From assembly GCF_000018105.1 (NCBI RefSeq), contig NC_009925.1:360001-392000 (forward strand): 32,000 nt of DNA, given 5' to 3'. Shown in pieces: positions 17,484 to 27,408 of this stretch; the first letter of the stretch is position 1, and the number at the start of each line of letters is the position of its first letter. Source of the DNA: Acaryochloris marina MBIC11017. Its GTDB lineage: Bacteria; Cyanobacteriota; Cyanobacteriia; Thermosynechococcales; Thermosynechococcaceae. Below the pieces are notes generated by a model. The model saw only the letters and a program-made list of their open reading frames with translations. It searched no databases and had not been told where the DNA came from. Both the position numbers and the translations under genes were made by a program.

Positions 17484-18047
17484 CTAAACCTGAGACATTG
17501 CAAACCGAGGCAAACAATCCATCAGCTCCGACATTTTAGGTAACGCAGCATCTTTCTTCGATAGGATCGGCTGGTCGATGGGCCAGTCTATGGCCAAGGC
17601 CGGATCATCCCAAGCCACCCCTTGCTCATCCGTTGGGTCGTAAAAATCACTGCATTTATACATAAAATCTGCCGTCTCGCTTAAGACACAAAAGCCATGG
17701 GCAAAACCAGGTGGAACATACATCTGTTTATTGTTTTCACCAGAGAGATACTCCCCAAACCACTGACCAAAATAGGGTGACCCCCGTCGTATATCAACAG
17801 CTACATCAAAAACCTCCCCCGCACTGACCCTGACTAATTTCCCTTGGGGAGACTTCAGCTGAAAGTGGAGGCCTCGCAATGTTCCATGGGCAGACCGAGA
17901 ATGATTGTCTTGAACAAAAATCTCATCAATACCAGATGCTGTATACCGTTGGCGATGATAAGTTTCCAAGAAAAAGCCCCGTTGGTCCGAAAATACACGA
18001 GGTTCAATCACTAAAACACCCGGCAAAGGAGTTTCTATCACATTCAC
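17484..18047 (-). CDS. rfbC: dTDP-4-dehydrorhamnose 3,5-epimerase
   Basis: Motifs [34 protein letters not shown] and [11 protein letters not shown] prefer GTG 18047, which overlaps the rfbA stop as GTGA and gives the canonical N-terminus. The track's ATG 18107 would overlap rfbA by 64 nt. Confidence 0.9.
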   Translation of the reverse strand: MNVIETPLPGVLVIEPRVFSDQRGFFLETYHRQRYTASGIDEIFVQDNHSRSAHGTLRGLHFQLKSPQGKLVRVSAGEVFDVAVDIRRGSPYFGQWFGEYLSGENNKQMYVPPGFAHGFCVLSETADFMYKCSDFYDPTDEQGVAWDDPALAIDWPIDQPILSKKDAALPKMSELMDCLPRFAMSQV

Positions 18048-18925
18048 AGGGGTTGACCTCCCTCTTCCAGCACTCTCAGGAGATACTCTCCATAACTGTT
18101 CTTGCACAAATCTCGACTTAATTCTTTAACTTGAGCAGCTGAGATATATCCCATTCGATAAGCCACCTCTTCCACACAGGCAATCTTCAATCCTTGTCGT
18201 TGTTCAATCGTCTCCACAAAAGCAGCCGCTTGCAGCAAACTTTCATGGGTGCCCGTATCTAGCCACGCCACCCCACGACTCATTTTCTCAACTTTTAATT
18301 GTCCTTGTTTGAGATATGTTGTATTGACATCCGTTATTTCTAATTCCCCTCTAGGAGAAGGCTTCAAAGTTTTAGCAATATCAACCACTTGGTTGTCATA
18401 AAAATAAAGCCCCGTCACTGCGTAATGAGATTTTGGGTGCTGGGGTTTTTCCTCAATATCCGTAACCTGACCTTGTTGATCGAAGGCTAACACCCCGTAC
18501 CGCTGTGGATCCTTGACCCAATAGCCAAACACAATCCCCCCCTCAGTGAGTCGCGATATTTGCTGAAGTCGCTCTGCTAGTGCCGATCCATAGAAAATAT
18601 TATCTCCAAGAATCAGAGCAACCGAATCATCACCAATAAAGTCCTGACCAATAATAAAAGCTTGGGCCAAACCTTCAGGTTTAGGTTGTTCTGCATAGGA
18701 AAAGGTTAATCCCAGCTGATGACCATCTCCAAATAATCGCTGAAACAACGGTAAATCTTGAGGGGTAGAGATAATCAGAATTTCCCGGATCCCCGCCAAC
18801 ATTAAGGTTGAGAGGGGATAGTAAATCATGGGCTTATCGTATACAGGCATTAGCTGTTTAGATAGCACCCGAGTAATGGGATAAAGCCTAGTACCTGAAC
18901 CGCCAGCCAGAATAATTCCTTTCAT
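18044..18925 (-). CDS. rfbA: Glucose-1-phosphate thymidylyltransferase
   Basis: 293 aa. [18 protein letters not shown], the LGDNIFYG-type motif, and [15 protein letters not shown]...[15 protein letters not shown]. Confidence 0.95.
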   Translation of the reverse strand: MKGIILAGGSGTRLYPITRVLSKQLMPVYDKPMIYYPLSTLMLAGIREILIISTPQDLPLFQRLFGDGHQLGLTFSYAEQPKPEGLAQAFIIGQDFIGDDSVALILGDNIFYGSALAERLQQISRLTEGGIVFGYWVKDPQRYGVLAFDQQGQVTDIEEKPQHPKSHYAVTGLYFYDNQVVDIAKTLKPSPRGELEITDVNTTYLKQGQLKVEKMSRGVAWLDTGTHESLLQAAAFVETIEQRQGLKIACVEEVAYRMGYISAAQVKELSRDLCKNSYGEYLLRVLEEGGQPL

Positions 18926-19014
18926 CAGTATTATCTCGGCAATCTATAACTGCAGCGTTCTTTCTTCAAACTATGCCCATCTAACTGGAGATGTATAACA
19001 TGAGCAAAGCTCTC

Positions 19015-20082
19015 TTACTGCTGAGTAGCCGTTAATCCCAACCGTTGGCGTTCATACTGGTCGGATGTAACCTGATCACACCATGCCTGATGGTCTAAAT
19101 ACCACTGCACCGTTTTCCTTAATCCAGACTCAATAGTGACTTGCGGAGACCAACCCAGGTGTTGTTTGATTTTAGAAAAATTGATCGCGTACCGTCGATC
19201 ATGCCCCGGTCGATCTTGCACAAAAGTAATTAAATTTGCATGGGGTCTGTGGGCTGAATGAGGAAGCAGATCATCCAAAATTGCACAGATTTGTTGGACG
19301 AGCCAGAGATTCGTTTTTTCCGCGTTCCCGCCAATATTGTAGGTTTCACCCATTTCCCCTTGAGTCAACACCAGATCTATGGCTCGACAGTGATCTTCCA
19401 CAAAGAGCCAATCTCGAATATTTTGCCCATCTCCATACACAGGCAACGGCTTGCCCTCAATTGCATTCAAGATCATCAAAGGAATTAACTTCTCTGGGAA
19501 TTGGTAAGGGCCGTAGTTATTGGAACAGTTGGTAATTAACGTTGGCAGATTGTAAGTGTGGAAATAAGATCTCACCAGGTGATCGGAGCTGGCTTTGGAG
19601 GCAGAATAAGGGCTATTAGGAGCATAGGCCGTCGATTCCGAGAACGGAGGATCTACAGCCGAGAGGGTCCCAAAGACTTCATCCGTCGAAACATGCAGAA
19701 ACCGAAAGCTGTTTCGTTCAGCCACAGAGAGGTTCTGCCAGTAGGACCGAACCGTTTCTAATAGGTTGAAAGTGCCAACAATATTCGTTTGAATAAAGGC
19801 ATCTGGGCCATCAATGGAACGGTCTACATGGGTTTCAGCTGCAAAATTGAGAATCGCCCTAGGACGATACTGAGTTAGCAAGTCTTCAACAAGCTGACGA
19901 TCACCAATATCCCCTTGAATAAAGATATGGTCTGGATCAGACTTCAGGGAATCTAAAGTAGATAAGTGGCCTGCATAGGTCAACTTATCTAGGTTCAATA
20001 CCAAGCCTTCATCATTCTGCCGCTTGCGCAAAACATAGTTTGCGCCAATAAAACCGGCTCCCCCCGTAACCAGAATCGTCAT
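19015..20082 (-). CDS. rfbB: dTDP-glucose 4,6-dehydratase
   Basis: 355 aa. [22 protein letters not shown], the YSASKASSD catalytic YxxxK, and [11 protein letters not shown]. Confidence 0.95.
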   Translation of the reverse strand: MTILVTGGAGFIGANYVLRKRQNDEGLVLNLDKLTYAGHLSTLDSLKSDPDHIFIQGDIGDRQLVEDLLTQYRPRAILNFAAETHVDRSIDGPDAFIQTNIVGTFNLLETVRSYWQNLSVAERNSFRFLHVSTDEVFGTLSAVDPPFSESTAYAPNSPYSASKASSDHLVRSYFHTYNLPTLITNCSNNYGPYQFPEKLIPLMILNAIEGKPLPVYGDGQNIRDWLFVEDHCRAIDLVLTQGEMGETYNIGGNAEKTNLWLVQQICAILDDLLPHSAHRPHANLITFVQDRPGHDRRYAINFSKIKQHLGWSPQVTIESGLRKTVQWYLDHQAWCDQVTSDQYERQRLGLTATQQ

Positions 20083-20124
20083 GATATTTTGTTTTTTAGT
20101 AATTGACTCGTCAATTTACCTTAG

Positions 20125-20742
20125 CTAAGCAGAGGTGGGTTGAACAATCCCCCGCTCCTGTAAAAATTCAATCACCTGCTGTGCACAAACCTCTAGGGAA
20201 TCTTCCCCCGTCTTCACGATAATCTCTGGTTCTTCAGGTGGCTCATAGGGAGAAGAAATACCTGTAAAGTTAGGGATTTCTCCCGATCTAGCCTTCTTAT
20301 ATAACCCTTTTACATCTCGCTCTTCACAAACTTCTAGACTAGCTTGGCAATATATTTCAATAAAGTCACCTTCTGGAACCAATTCACGAACACGATCTCG
20401 ATCAGCCCGAAATGGAGAAATAAATGCCGACAAAACAATGATGCCTGCTTCCGTAAATAGTTTAGCGACTTCACCAATTCGGCGAATATTTTCAACTCGA
20501 TCTTCACTCGAAAAACCAAGATCTGCACACAAGCCGTGGCGAATATTATCTCCATCGATAACAAAAGTTCGGCAGTTCATCTTAGATAGGGCATCTTCAA
20601 CGGTGTGAGCCAGCGTCGATTTACCCGCACCAGATAGTCCCGTAAACCAAAGGATAGTACTCAGGTGGCCATTTTGCTCCTGTCGGTTCTGGCGTGTGAC
20701 GGTAGACTTATGCCAGACAACATTAGAAGATTTCATAATCAT
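20125..20742 (-). CDS. cysC: Adenylyl-sulfate (APS) kinase
   Basis: 205 aa. [14 protein letters not shown]-loop, [10 protein letters not shown]-type motif ([11 protein letters not shown]), FISPFRADR and PYEPPE. Confidence 0.92.
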   Translation of the reverse strand: MIMKSSNVVWHKSTVTRQNRQEQNGHLSTILWFTGLSGAGKSTLAHTVEDALSKMNCRTFVIDGDNIRHGLCADLGFSSEDRVENIRRIGEVAKLFTEAGIIVLSAFISPFRADRDRVRELVPEGDFIEIYCQASLEVCEERDVKGLYKKARSGEIPNFTGISSPYEPPEEPEIIVKTGEDSLEVCAQQVIEFLQERGIVQPTSA

Positions 20743-20756
20743 AATCAGTGAGGAAT

Positions 20757-22991
20757 TTAGGAGCGCTCTACGGCATTAACATCAGCTTTTTTCTTCTTTT
20801 TCTTGGCTTTCGACTGTTTGCCCCCGGAATTCTCTCCATAATAATCTTGAGCATAGTAATAATAATAACTATCTGGCTCGTTTTCAGGTATAACACCATT
20901 AATGACAAGTCCTAAAACCTTCTGGCCAGCACGTTCCAATGCATCTTTCGCAGATTGAGCAGAGCCAGTGTCCACCAAGCCTGGACGAGTTACTAAGAGA
21001 ACACCATCCGTCATTTTACCGAGTAGAAGAGCATCGGCAGCAACCGCTAGCGGTGGAGAATCAATCAGTACGTAATCATAGGCTTGATGAAATTCTTCAA
21101 GCAATACAGCCATGTGATGGGAGTCAATTAAAGGCACTGGATTAGGAGGTGTAACCCCTGCCGTCAAAATATCCAGCTGATCATCCTCAGGGCGGATAGC
21201 TTCATGCCAATCTTTTTGTTCTACCAAAACATTGCTCAGTCCTAAAGCGTTTGGCAACTCCCAAACCTGGTGTTGAGAAGGGCGTCTCATATCTGCATCG
21301 ATAACCAATACTCGATGCCCCAGTTCACCCAATGCTAAAGCTAAGTTGGCCACAACGGTTGACTTCCCTTCCTTAGGGATGGAACTGGTGACCACAAAAA
21401 CCTGCACATGATGATCCGAGCTCAGAAATTTAAGATTAGCCTGAAGCATACGATAGGATTCACTCACGGAAGAGCGAGGAGAATCTCGAACCACCAAATC
21501 AGGTGTGGGACGATCCAATCCCTTGCGGGTCATCTTTTCAGCATCTTTCAGTAATGGAATATTTCCTAGAACTGTGTAATCAAAGAGTCCTGTTGCTTCT
21601 TGGACTGTCTTAACAGAAGTATCTAAGGCTTCAAGAAGTAATGCGGTCCCTAGTCCTAGCAAACCTCCAAGGAAAAAACCAACAGCCAGATTAAAAGCTT
21701 TGCGGGGAGAAACCGGTTCTTTGGGTTCTAAGGCTGCTGCAATAACGCGGACATTACCAATATTCTGATTCTCACTAATCGTAATTTGCTGCAACGCCTT
21801 TAATAACTCTTCATAAGTGGTTTGAGCGACAATCCTATCCCGTTCTAGAGCAATTAATTGCTGCTCTAATTTAGGGATTATGCCTTGCCGACGTTTGTTT
21901 TCAGCTTGAGTTTGGGCCAGAGATAGAACTTGTTTCTCCAAGCCTAAGCGCTCAACTTCAGCTTCAACCAAAGCATCCGTCAGGGACTGCCGGGATTCTC
22001 CTGCTTGCAGATTACGAAGAGGTTGGGGTTGTTTTGTCTCAATAATTTGGCTTGTTTGTTCCCCTAACACCCCTTTCAGAGCAATCCTTTTTTCTTTAAG
22101 ATCAAGAACGGTGGGGTGGGTAGGTTGAAATACTTTTAAGGCTTCAGCAAGTTCTCGCTCATTCTCTTGGTAATCGGCAAGGGCTTGTTGAACCACCGTC
22201 GATTGGCTCAAAGCATTGATGTCTTCTCCTTGCTGAGGAGTCAGTCCCAATTTATTTCTAAGGGCGCGACTTTTGGCCCTGGCATTGATAAGAAGACTTT
22301 GCATCTTAGCTGCTTCTTGGTAAAAGTTGCCTTCAACCTCCACAGACACTTTAGCTTCTTCTTCTAAAGCAATAATTCCGTTCGTCTCCTTAAACCGCCG
22401 TAAGGATAGATCCAGATTTTTTAGTTTTGCAGCCACCTCTGGAACCTGTTTTTCAATAAACACCCTTGCAGAGGCCGCTTCTGCTCGGTTCGTTTCAATA
22501 TTGTTCTTGAGATAATCATCCATCAGCCGATTCACAACATCAGCGGACTCCTTAGGGTCAATGCTTTTGTAGGTGACCTTTAGAACATCGGTATCTCTAA
22601 CGTTAAAAACAGTCAAGGCTTCTATGAAGTCCTTGGTTTCTAGGGGTTGATCCTCATCATCGACTAGCTTCAGTGCAGTAATGGTTTGTCTTAAAATTGG
22701 CTCTGAACGAATAATCTCTGCTTCCGTTTGAACCGGACTACTCTTACTAGACAAGGCTTCTAAGCCCCCCAGCCCACCAATTTCCAGGTCAGCAATTGTT
22801 GCACCGCCTTGTTTCTTCAACAAAAGCTTACCTTCTGCTTCATAAACAGGCTTTTGCAAAAATGTTGCCAATGCAGTCAGAACAAAAACCGAACCAAATA
22901 CGGCCGTAGCAGGTATCCATCGACGTCTAAGTATGCGGAAGTAGTTACGGACATCGATGCTTTCATGTGAATACTCATTACTCATTGGCAA
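20757..22991 (-). CDS. Polysaccharide co-polymerase / tyrosine autokinase (Wzc/GumC family), paralogue 2
   Basis: 744 aa with the same architecture as 2101-4278. P-loop [19 protein letters not shown], then [11 protein letters not shown] and VLIDSPPL. The C-terminal Tyr cluster [11 protein letters not shown] is followed by a poly-Lys tail. Confidence 0.85.
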   Translation of the reverse strand: MPMSNEYSHESIDVRNYFRILRRRWIPATAVFGSVFVLTALATFLQKPVYEAEGKLLLKKQGGATIADLEIGGLGGLEALSSKSSPVQTEAEIIRSEPILRQTITALKLVDDEDQPLETKDFIEALTVFNVRDTDVLKVTYKSIDPKESADVVNRLMDDYLKNNIETNRAEAASARVFIEKQVPEVAAKLKNLDLSLRRFKETNGIIALEEEAKVSVEVEGNFYQEAAKMQSLLINARAKSRALRNKLGLTPQQGEDINALSQSTVVQQALADYQENERELAEALKVFQPTHPTVLDLKEKRIALKGVLGEQTSQIIETKQPQPLRNLQAGESRQSLTDALVEAEVERLGLEKQVLSLAQTQAENKRRQGIIPKLEQQLIALERDRIVAQTTYEELLKALQQITISENQNIGNVRVIAAALEPKEPVSPRKAFNLAVGFFLGGLLGLGTALLLEALDTSVKTVQEATGLFDYTVLGNIPLLKDAEKMTRKGLDRPTPDLVVRDSPRSSVSESYRMLQANLKFLSSDHHVQVFVVTSSIPKEGKSTVVANLALALGELGHRVLVIDADMRRPSQHQVWELPNALGLSNVLVEQKDWHEAIRPEDDQLDILTAGVTPPNPVPLIDSHHMAVLLEEFHQAYDYVLIDSPPLAVAADALLLGKMTDGVLLVTRPGLVDTGSAQSAKDALERAGQKVLGLVINGVIPENEPDSYYYYYAQDYYGENSGGKQSKAKKKKKKADVNAVERS

Positions 22992-23206
22992 TATGGGGGT
23001 CTTCTCAATTCATTTCAGAGCAAAGGGTTGAGGATAATTTAGCTGTCAGCTATCCAAATGGCAAATTTCTTTGAAGGTTACCATCTCAATTTCCCTAGAA
23101 TGGAACATTACTTTTGCATTAAATCATTCTTCGGTGAAGATTTGAGAAGTAGAGCTGGATGTCCAATAATTGGCACATACATGGTTTTCCCCACTTCGGT
23201 TAAAAA

Positions 23207-24163
23207 TCACTGGTTCCCTTGGGGAATTATTGTATTCCGTTCCCAGAAGATTTCTTGGGCAAATCCTTGAATAGCTGGGTTGGAGTCAGCTAGTTCGATA
23301 CGCCGTTCGGACAACAAGCAATACTCCTCATCAATTTCTATGCCGATAAATTGTCTTTGCAGTTTTTTAGCCACAACAGACGTTGTGCCACTGCCCAAGA
23401 AAGGATCTAGAACAGTATCTCCAGGGTTGCTACTTGCCAGTATGAGCTTTGCAACTAATTTCTCGCTTTTTTGAGTGGGGTGATCAGTATTTTCTGGCAT
23501 GGACCAAAAAGGTATCGAAATATCAGTCCATAAATTAGACGCAAAGGTATCTCTAAAGTTGCCATTTTCCGTTTGAGACCAATCTTTAGGAGACCCATCT
23601 GGACGACGATAGGGTGCTAGTACCCGTCGTCGTTGCTTCACAGCCTGACTATTGAAGGTGTATGAGTTCGAGTTTGTGCAAAACCAAATATCTTCACTCG
23701 CATTTTTCCAATTTGAATGGGCGCCTCTCCCTTTCTCGCGCTCCCATGTGATCCGGTTCCGGACCTGAAAATGAGAAGTTGCAACTGTGAAAATTGAAGC
23801 CGATGAGAACCAGTCACCACAGATATATATCGAGGCATCAGGACGTAGTAGGGGTTTGAGCTTAGAACAAATATAATCTAACCATTCGGTATAGGCTGCA
23901 ACAGATTGCTTGGCAAACGTTCGACCATTAAAGACTTTATTCAAGTTATAAGGTGGGTCAAGAATTAACAAGTTGATACTGCCTTGAAGCAGTTTGGGAG
24001 CTATATCGAGGCAATCTCCTTGAATCGTAATATCGACCTTCGGTGATGTTTTTGTAATATTTTTGACGAGTTTCAATCTCAATCGCTCACGGTCTGCCGT
24101 ACTGAGGGTCAATGTACGGTTCATAGGAGCTCTTTTCTTTTGCGTTTGAGGTAGGTCTGACAT
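23207..24163 (-). CDS. Site-specific DNA methyltransferase, beta class (N6-adenine or N4-cytosine)
   Basis: 318 aa. Motif IV LILDPPYN precedes motif I DPFLGSGTTSVVA, which is the beta-class order (PF01555-type). No restriction endonuclease candidate is adjacent. The start could be the second Met (MNRTL). Confidence 0.85.
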   Translation of the reverse strand: MSDLPQTQKKRAPMNRTLTLSTADRERLRLKLVKNITKTSPKVDITIQGDCLDIAPKLLQGSINLLILDPPYNLNKVFNGRTFAKQSVAAYTEWLDYICSKLKPLLRPDASIYICGDWFSSASIFTVATSHFQVRNRITWEREKGRGAHSNWKNASEDIWFCTNSNSYTFNSQAVKQRRRVLAPYRRPDGSPKDWSQTENGNFRDTFASNLWTDISIPFWSMPENTDHPTQKSEKLVAKLILASSNPGDTVLDPFLGSGTTSVVAKKLQRQFIGIEIDEEYCLLSERRIELADSNPAIQGFAQEIFWERNTIIPQGNQ

Positions 24164-24247
24164 AATCAGGTGTCTTACCTATATAAGCAGTTCCAAGAGG
24201 GAGCCTAGCACCTAAACTAATTAAAGTTAGCTCAATTTCCACGAGTT

Positions 24248-24769
24248 TTGATGAACAAAGCAGATCTGGCAAAAGCAATTTATGAAACATCCCATATCAC
24301 AGGTGAGTTTTTACTGCGATCGGGACAAATGAGCCATGAGTATTTTGATAAATATTTATTTGAAGCAAATCCAACTTTGTTGAAGGCCATCGCCGAACAT
24401 TTAGCCGCCATGATCCCCACTCCTGTGGATGCCTTAGCCGGCTTGGAAATGGGCGGCATTCCGATTGTGGCAATGCTATCTCAAATCAGTGGATATCCAT
24501 CCCTTTTTGTCAGAAAGAAGGCGAAACCGTACGGTACCTGCAAACTAGCGGAGGGAGGAGAAATTGAAGGAAAACGGCTAGTCATCATTGAAGATGTGGT
24601 GACTTCAGGTGGACAGATCAAACTTTCAGCCCAGGACTTACGTTCCCTAGGCGCTACGGTTACGGACGTCATGTGTGTCATTGATCGTGAAGCCGGTGGA
24701 CAAGCCAATCTAAATGCTGAAGGTTTAACGCTCCATCCCCTATTTACGATGACAGAATTAAAGCAGTAA
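24248..24769 (+). CDS. pyrE: Orotate phosphoribosyltransferase
   Basis: 173 aa. FLLRSGQMSHEYFDKY and the PRPP-binding loop RLVIIEDVVTSGG. Confidence 0.85.
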   Translation: MMNKADLAKAIYETSHITGEFLLRSGQMSHEYFDKYLFEANPTLLKAIAEHLAAMIPTPVDALAGLEMGGIPIVAMLSQISGYPSLFVRKKAKPYGTCKLAEGGEIEGKRLVIIEDVVTSGGQIKLSAQDLRSLGATVTDVMCVIDREAGGQANLNAEGLTLHPLFTMTELKQ

Positions 24770-24924
24770 GCTCAATAGTCCCTTAGCCTCCAATGGCTTA
24801 CCTTCAAATTTGCTCCTAGAACAAGAACCAGATGCAACCGTTGCTTTCAATTATGGATTGAAAAATAGTGATACGGCTTTTCAGATTACACCCGGTTGGT
24901 TGGGCAAGGAAGATTGCGGGCTTG

Positions 24925-25743
24925 ATGATGCGATCGCATCTACCGATCACGATTTTTCTATGTTTTTCAATCTTGACCGGATGTAGTTTCTTCTCAACTT
25001 TCCCCCAATCAAAGGTTGACCACTTAGCTCTCGGGAATCCTAGTCAAGCCAGAGTCGTCTTGGCCAACAGTAATAATTATTTGATGGAAAAGCCTCAATT
25101 TGCCCTGTCTTACAACCGCAGCAAGGGAATTCCCAACTGGGTGAGTTGGCAGCTTGATCAAACTTGGTTAGGAGACGTCGAACGTCGCAATGATTTTCGA
25201 GCGGATCAAGGCTTGCCGCCAAAATGGGAGAAAGTTGACTCAAGAGACTATACCCGGAGTGGCTATGATCGAGGGCATATGGCTCCTTCTGGTGATCGAA
25301 CTAATTCAGAAGTCAACAATTCTGCAACCTTCGTCATGACCAATATTGTGCCCCAGCGGCCAGATAACAACCGAGGGCCATGGGTTGACCTGGAGAATTA
25401 CTGTCGAGATTTAGTGGATGAAGGCAAAGAGCTATTCATTATTGCGGGAGGATATGGGAAACGAGCTGCGATCGCAAAAGGAAAAGTCACACCTCCCCAA
25501 AGCCTCTGGAAAATCATCGTCGTAATGGATGAGACAACATTAGGTGTAAATGGTATTTCTACCAATACTCCAGTAATTGCCGTTGATATTCCCAATAAGC
25601 AGGGGATTAAATCCCATGAATGGCAACGGTACATTGTCACCGTCGACCATTTAGAACATGAAACGGGGTATGACTTCTTGTCTAATATCCCCGACCCCCT
25701 TCAAGCTAGATTAGAAAGCCAAAAAGCTGTTTTAAGCACATGA
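24925..25743 (+). CDS. DNA/RNA non-specific endonuclease (NucA/Serratia family), probable lipoprotein
   Basis: Active-site DRGHMAPS...N motif, with NIVPQ downstream. The lipobox is FSILTGC after a basic N-terminus when started at ATG 24925. The track's GTG 24868 adds 19 residues before the signal peptide. Confidence 0.85.
   Translation: MMRSHLPITIFLCFSILTGCSFFSTFPQSKVDHLALGNPSQARVVLANSNNYLMEKPQFALSYNRSKGIPNWVSWQLDQTWLGDVERRNDFRADQGLPPKWEKVDSRDYTRSGYDRGHMAPSGDRTNSEVNNSATFVMTNIVPQRPDNNRGPWVDLENYCRDLVDEGKELFIIAGGYGKRAAIAKGKVTPPQSLWKIIVVMDETTLGVNGISTNTPVIAVDIPNKQGIKSHEWQRYIVTVDHLEHETGYDFLSNIPDPLQARLESQKAVLST
24930..24937. repeat. HIP1 octamer GCGATCGC
   Basis: Exact match read in the sequence. 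Confidence 0.95.
25468..25475. repeat. HIP1 octamer GCGATCGC
   Basis: Exact match read in the sequence. Confidence 0.95.
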
Positions 25744-25913
25744 AAGAGCAGGCTGCAAAAGTCATGCTCAGCACTTCCTCATAATCTGTACCCCACACTC
25801 CACGCCCACTCTAGACACGGCAATAGAGACATCTGAATATGATAAGATCCTCGGATGGCTCTTACCGAGTTCAATCCTATCCTGGCAAAGTCTAAGCCCA
25901 TTCCGGTTAGTTT

Positions 25914-27296
25914 ATGGTATCCCTCCAACCACCAGATATCAGCTCATCTACTCCAATCGCGGAGACCTCTCCCAATCAACAAATACTTCCCCTATCTGCC
26001 AAAATTGATCAAACAGGACAGATGGTTATTGGTGGATGTTTGGTTACCGATCTCGTTAAGCAATTTGGCTCTCCCCTATACATCGTAGATGAACTCACCC
26101 TAAGGACTGCCTGCCAACAGTACCGTCTCTCATTTCAAAAATTCTATCCTGGACCATCTCAAATCCTCTACGCCTCCAAAGCCTGGAGCTGTATGGCTAT
26201 CTCCGCACTAGTCGCTAATGAGGGCTTAGGACTAGATGTAGTATCGGGTGGTGAACTATACACCGCCCTACAAGCAGGCGTGGATCCTGAAACGATCTAT
26301 TTTCACGGCAATAACAAATCAGTGCCTGAGCTGGAAATGGCGCTGTCTTGTGGCTGTACCATCATTGCGGATAACTGGCTTGAATTAGAACAACTCACAG
26401 AACTCCTCGACACAATCGATGCCTTGCCAAACCCTCCTCGGGTCATGCTCAGAATTACCCCTGGTATTGAATGCCATACTCATGAATATATTCGAACAGG
26501 CCATCTAGATAGTAAATTCGGTTTTGACCCGAACCAAATCGATCAGGCCTTGTCCTTCGCTCAAAAAAACCCTCAAATTACTTGGGTTGGCTTTCATGCT
26601 CATATCGGGTCTCAAATCTTTGAACTGCAACCTCATCAAGATCTCACCAGTGTGATTGTCGAGTGGTTAGCTAAAGCACAAGCTTTAGGCTTATCCATGA
26701 ACGAACTCAACATCGGTGGCGGTCTAGGCATTCGTTATGTTGAGTCAGATGACCCACCCAGCATCGCTCAATGGTCAGAAATCGTCTGCAACGGCATTTC
26801 ACAAGCCTGCCAAACAGCCAATATTCCACTTCCAAAGCTACTCTGCGAACCAGGACGCTCCCTAGTAGGTACATCCTGCATTACAGCTTACACGGTGGGA
26901 GCCAAAAAGAACATTCCCGATATCCGCACTTATCTTTCTGTAGATGGTGGAATGTCCGATAATCCCCGCCCCATTACGTACCAATCCGTTTACAGTGCTG
27001 CCATTGCCAACCACATGGACTCTTCTGCCACAGAGATCGTCACCGTAGCAGGTAAACATTGTGAATCTGGGGATGTCTTGCTGAAAGATATCCCTCTTCC
27101 TCCAAGTCAACCCGGAGATATTCTGGTAGTAATGGGAACAGGAGCATACAATTACAGCATGGCATCCAATTACAATCGAATCTCGCGACCTGCTGCCGTT
27201 CTTGTACAAAACGGAGATGCCAATTTAATTCTTAAGAGAGAAACTTATCAAGACCTTATTCGTCAAGATTGTTTGCCAAGACATTTAGAGCCATAG
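25914..27296 (+). CDS. lysA: Diaminopimelate decarboxylase
   Basis: 460 aa. The PLP-lysine context YASKAW, HAHIGSQ, the NIGGGLGI glycine loop, CEPGRSLV and CESGD are typical of fold-III decarboxylases of the LysA type. Confidence 0.93.
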   Translation: MVSLQPPDISSSTPIAETSPNQQILPLSAKIDQTGQMVIGGCLVTDLVKQFGSPLYIVDELTLRTACQQYRLSFQKFYPGPSQILYASKAWSCMAISALVANEGLGLDVVSGGELYTALQAGVDPETIYFHGNNKSVPELEMALSCGCTIIADNWLELEQLTELLDTIDALPNPPRVMLRITPGIECHTHEYIRTGHLDSKFGFDPNQIDQALSFAQKNPQITWVGFHAHIGSQIFELQPHQDLTSVIVEWLAKAQALGLSMNELNIGGGLGIRYVESDDPPSIAQWSEIVCNGISQACQTANIPLPKLLCEPGRSLVGTSCITAYTVGAKKNIPDIRTYLSVDGGMSDNPRPITYQSVYSAAIANHMDSSATEIVTVAGKHCESGDVLLKDIPLPPSQPGDILVVMGTGAYNYSMASNYNRISRPAAVLVQNGDANLILKRETYQDLIRQDCLPRHLEP

Positions 27297-27408
27297 GTTG
27301 GTTAAACCTCATAGCGATAACCAAGCTAGCCCTCTATTCTCTAATTATTGCACTAATTACTGATAACGCTAAACTGACATAGGTATACGAGAAGGTTAGG
27401 CCAAAGGC

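Noticed and set aside
17484-18107. Long ATG-initiated version of rfbC (207 aa)
   Set aside because: It would overlap rfbA by 64 nt and add a non-conserved 20-residue extension. GTG 18047 overlaps the rfbA stop (GTGA) and yields the canonical RmlC N-terminus.
20772-20810. Purine/A-rich run encoding the poly-Lys tail of wzc paralogue 2, considered as a possible slippery or phase-variable tract
   Set aside because: The run is interrupted (aaaaagaagaaaaagaaga) rather than a pure homopolymer, and it lies at the extreme C-terminus, where slippage would have little effect.
23058-23270. 70-aa plus-strand ORF between wzc paralogue 2 and the methyltransferase
   Set aside because: It overlaps the 3' end of the methyltransferase gene on the opposite strand. 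It has no SD and no recognisable motif.
24087-24290. 67-aa minus-strand ORF spanning the methyltransferase/pyrE divergent promoter
   Set aside because: It overlaps both the methyltransferase 5' end and the pyrE start. This is most likely a chance ORF in a promoter region.
25855-26088. 77-aa plus-strand ORF overlapping the lysA start
   Set aside because: It is out of frame with lysA, which has a complete and well-conserved product from ATG 25914.
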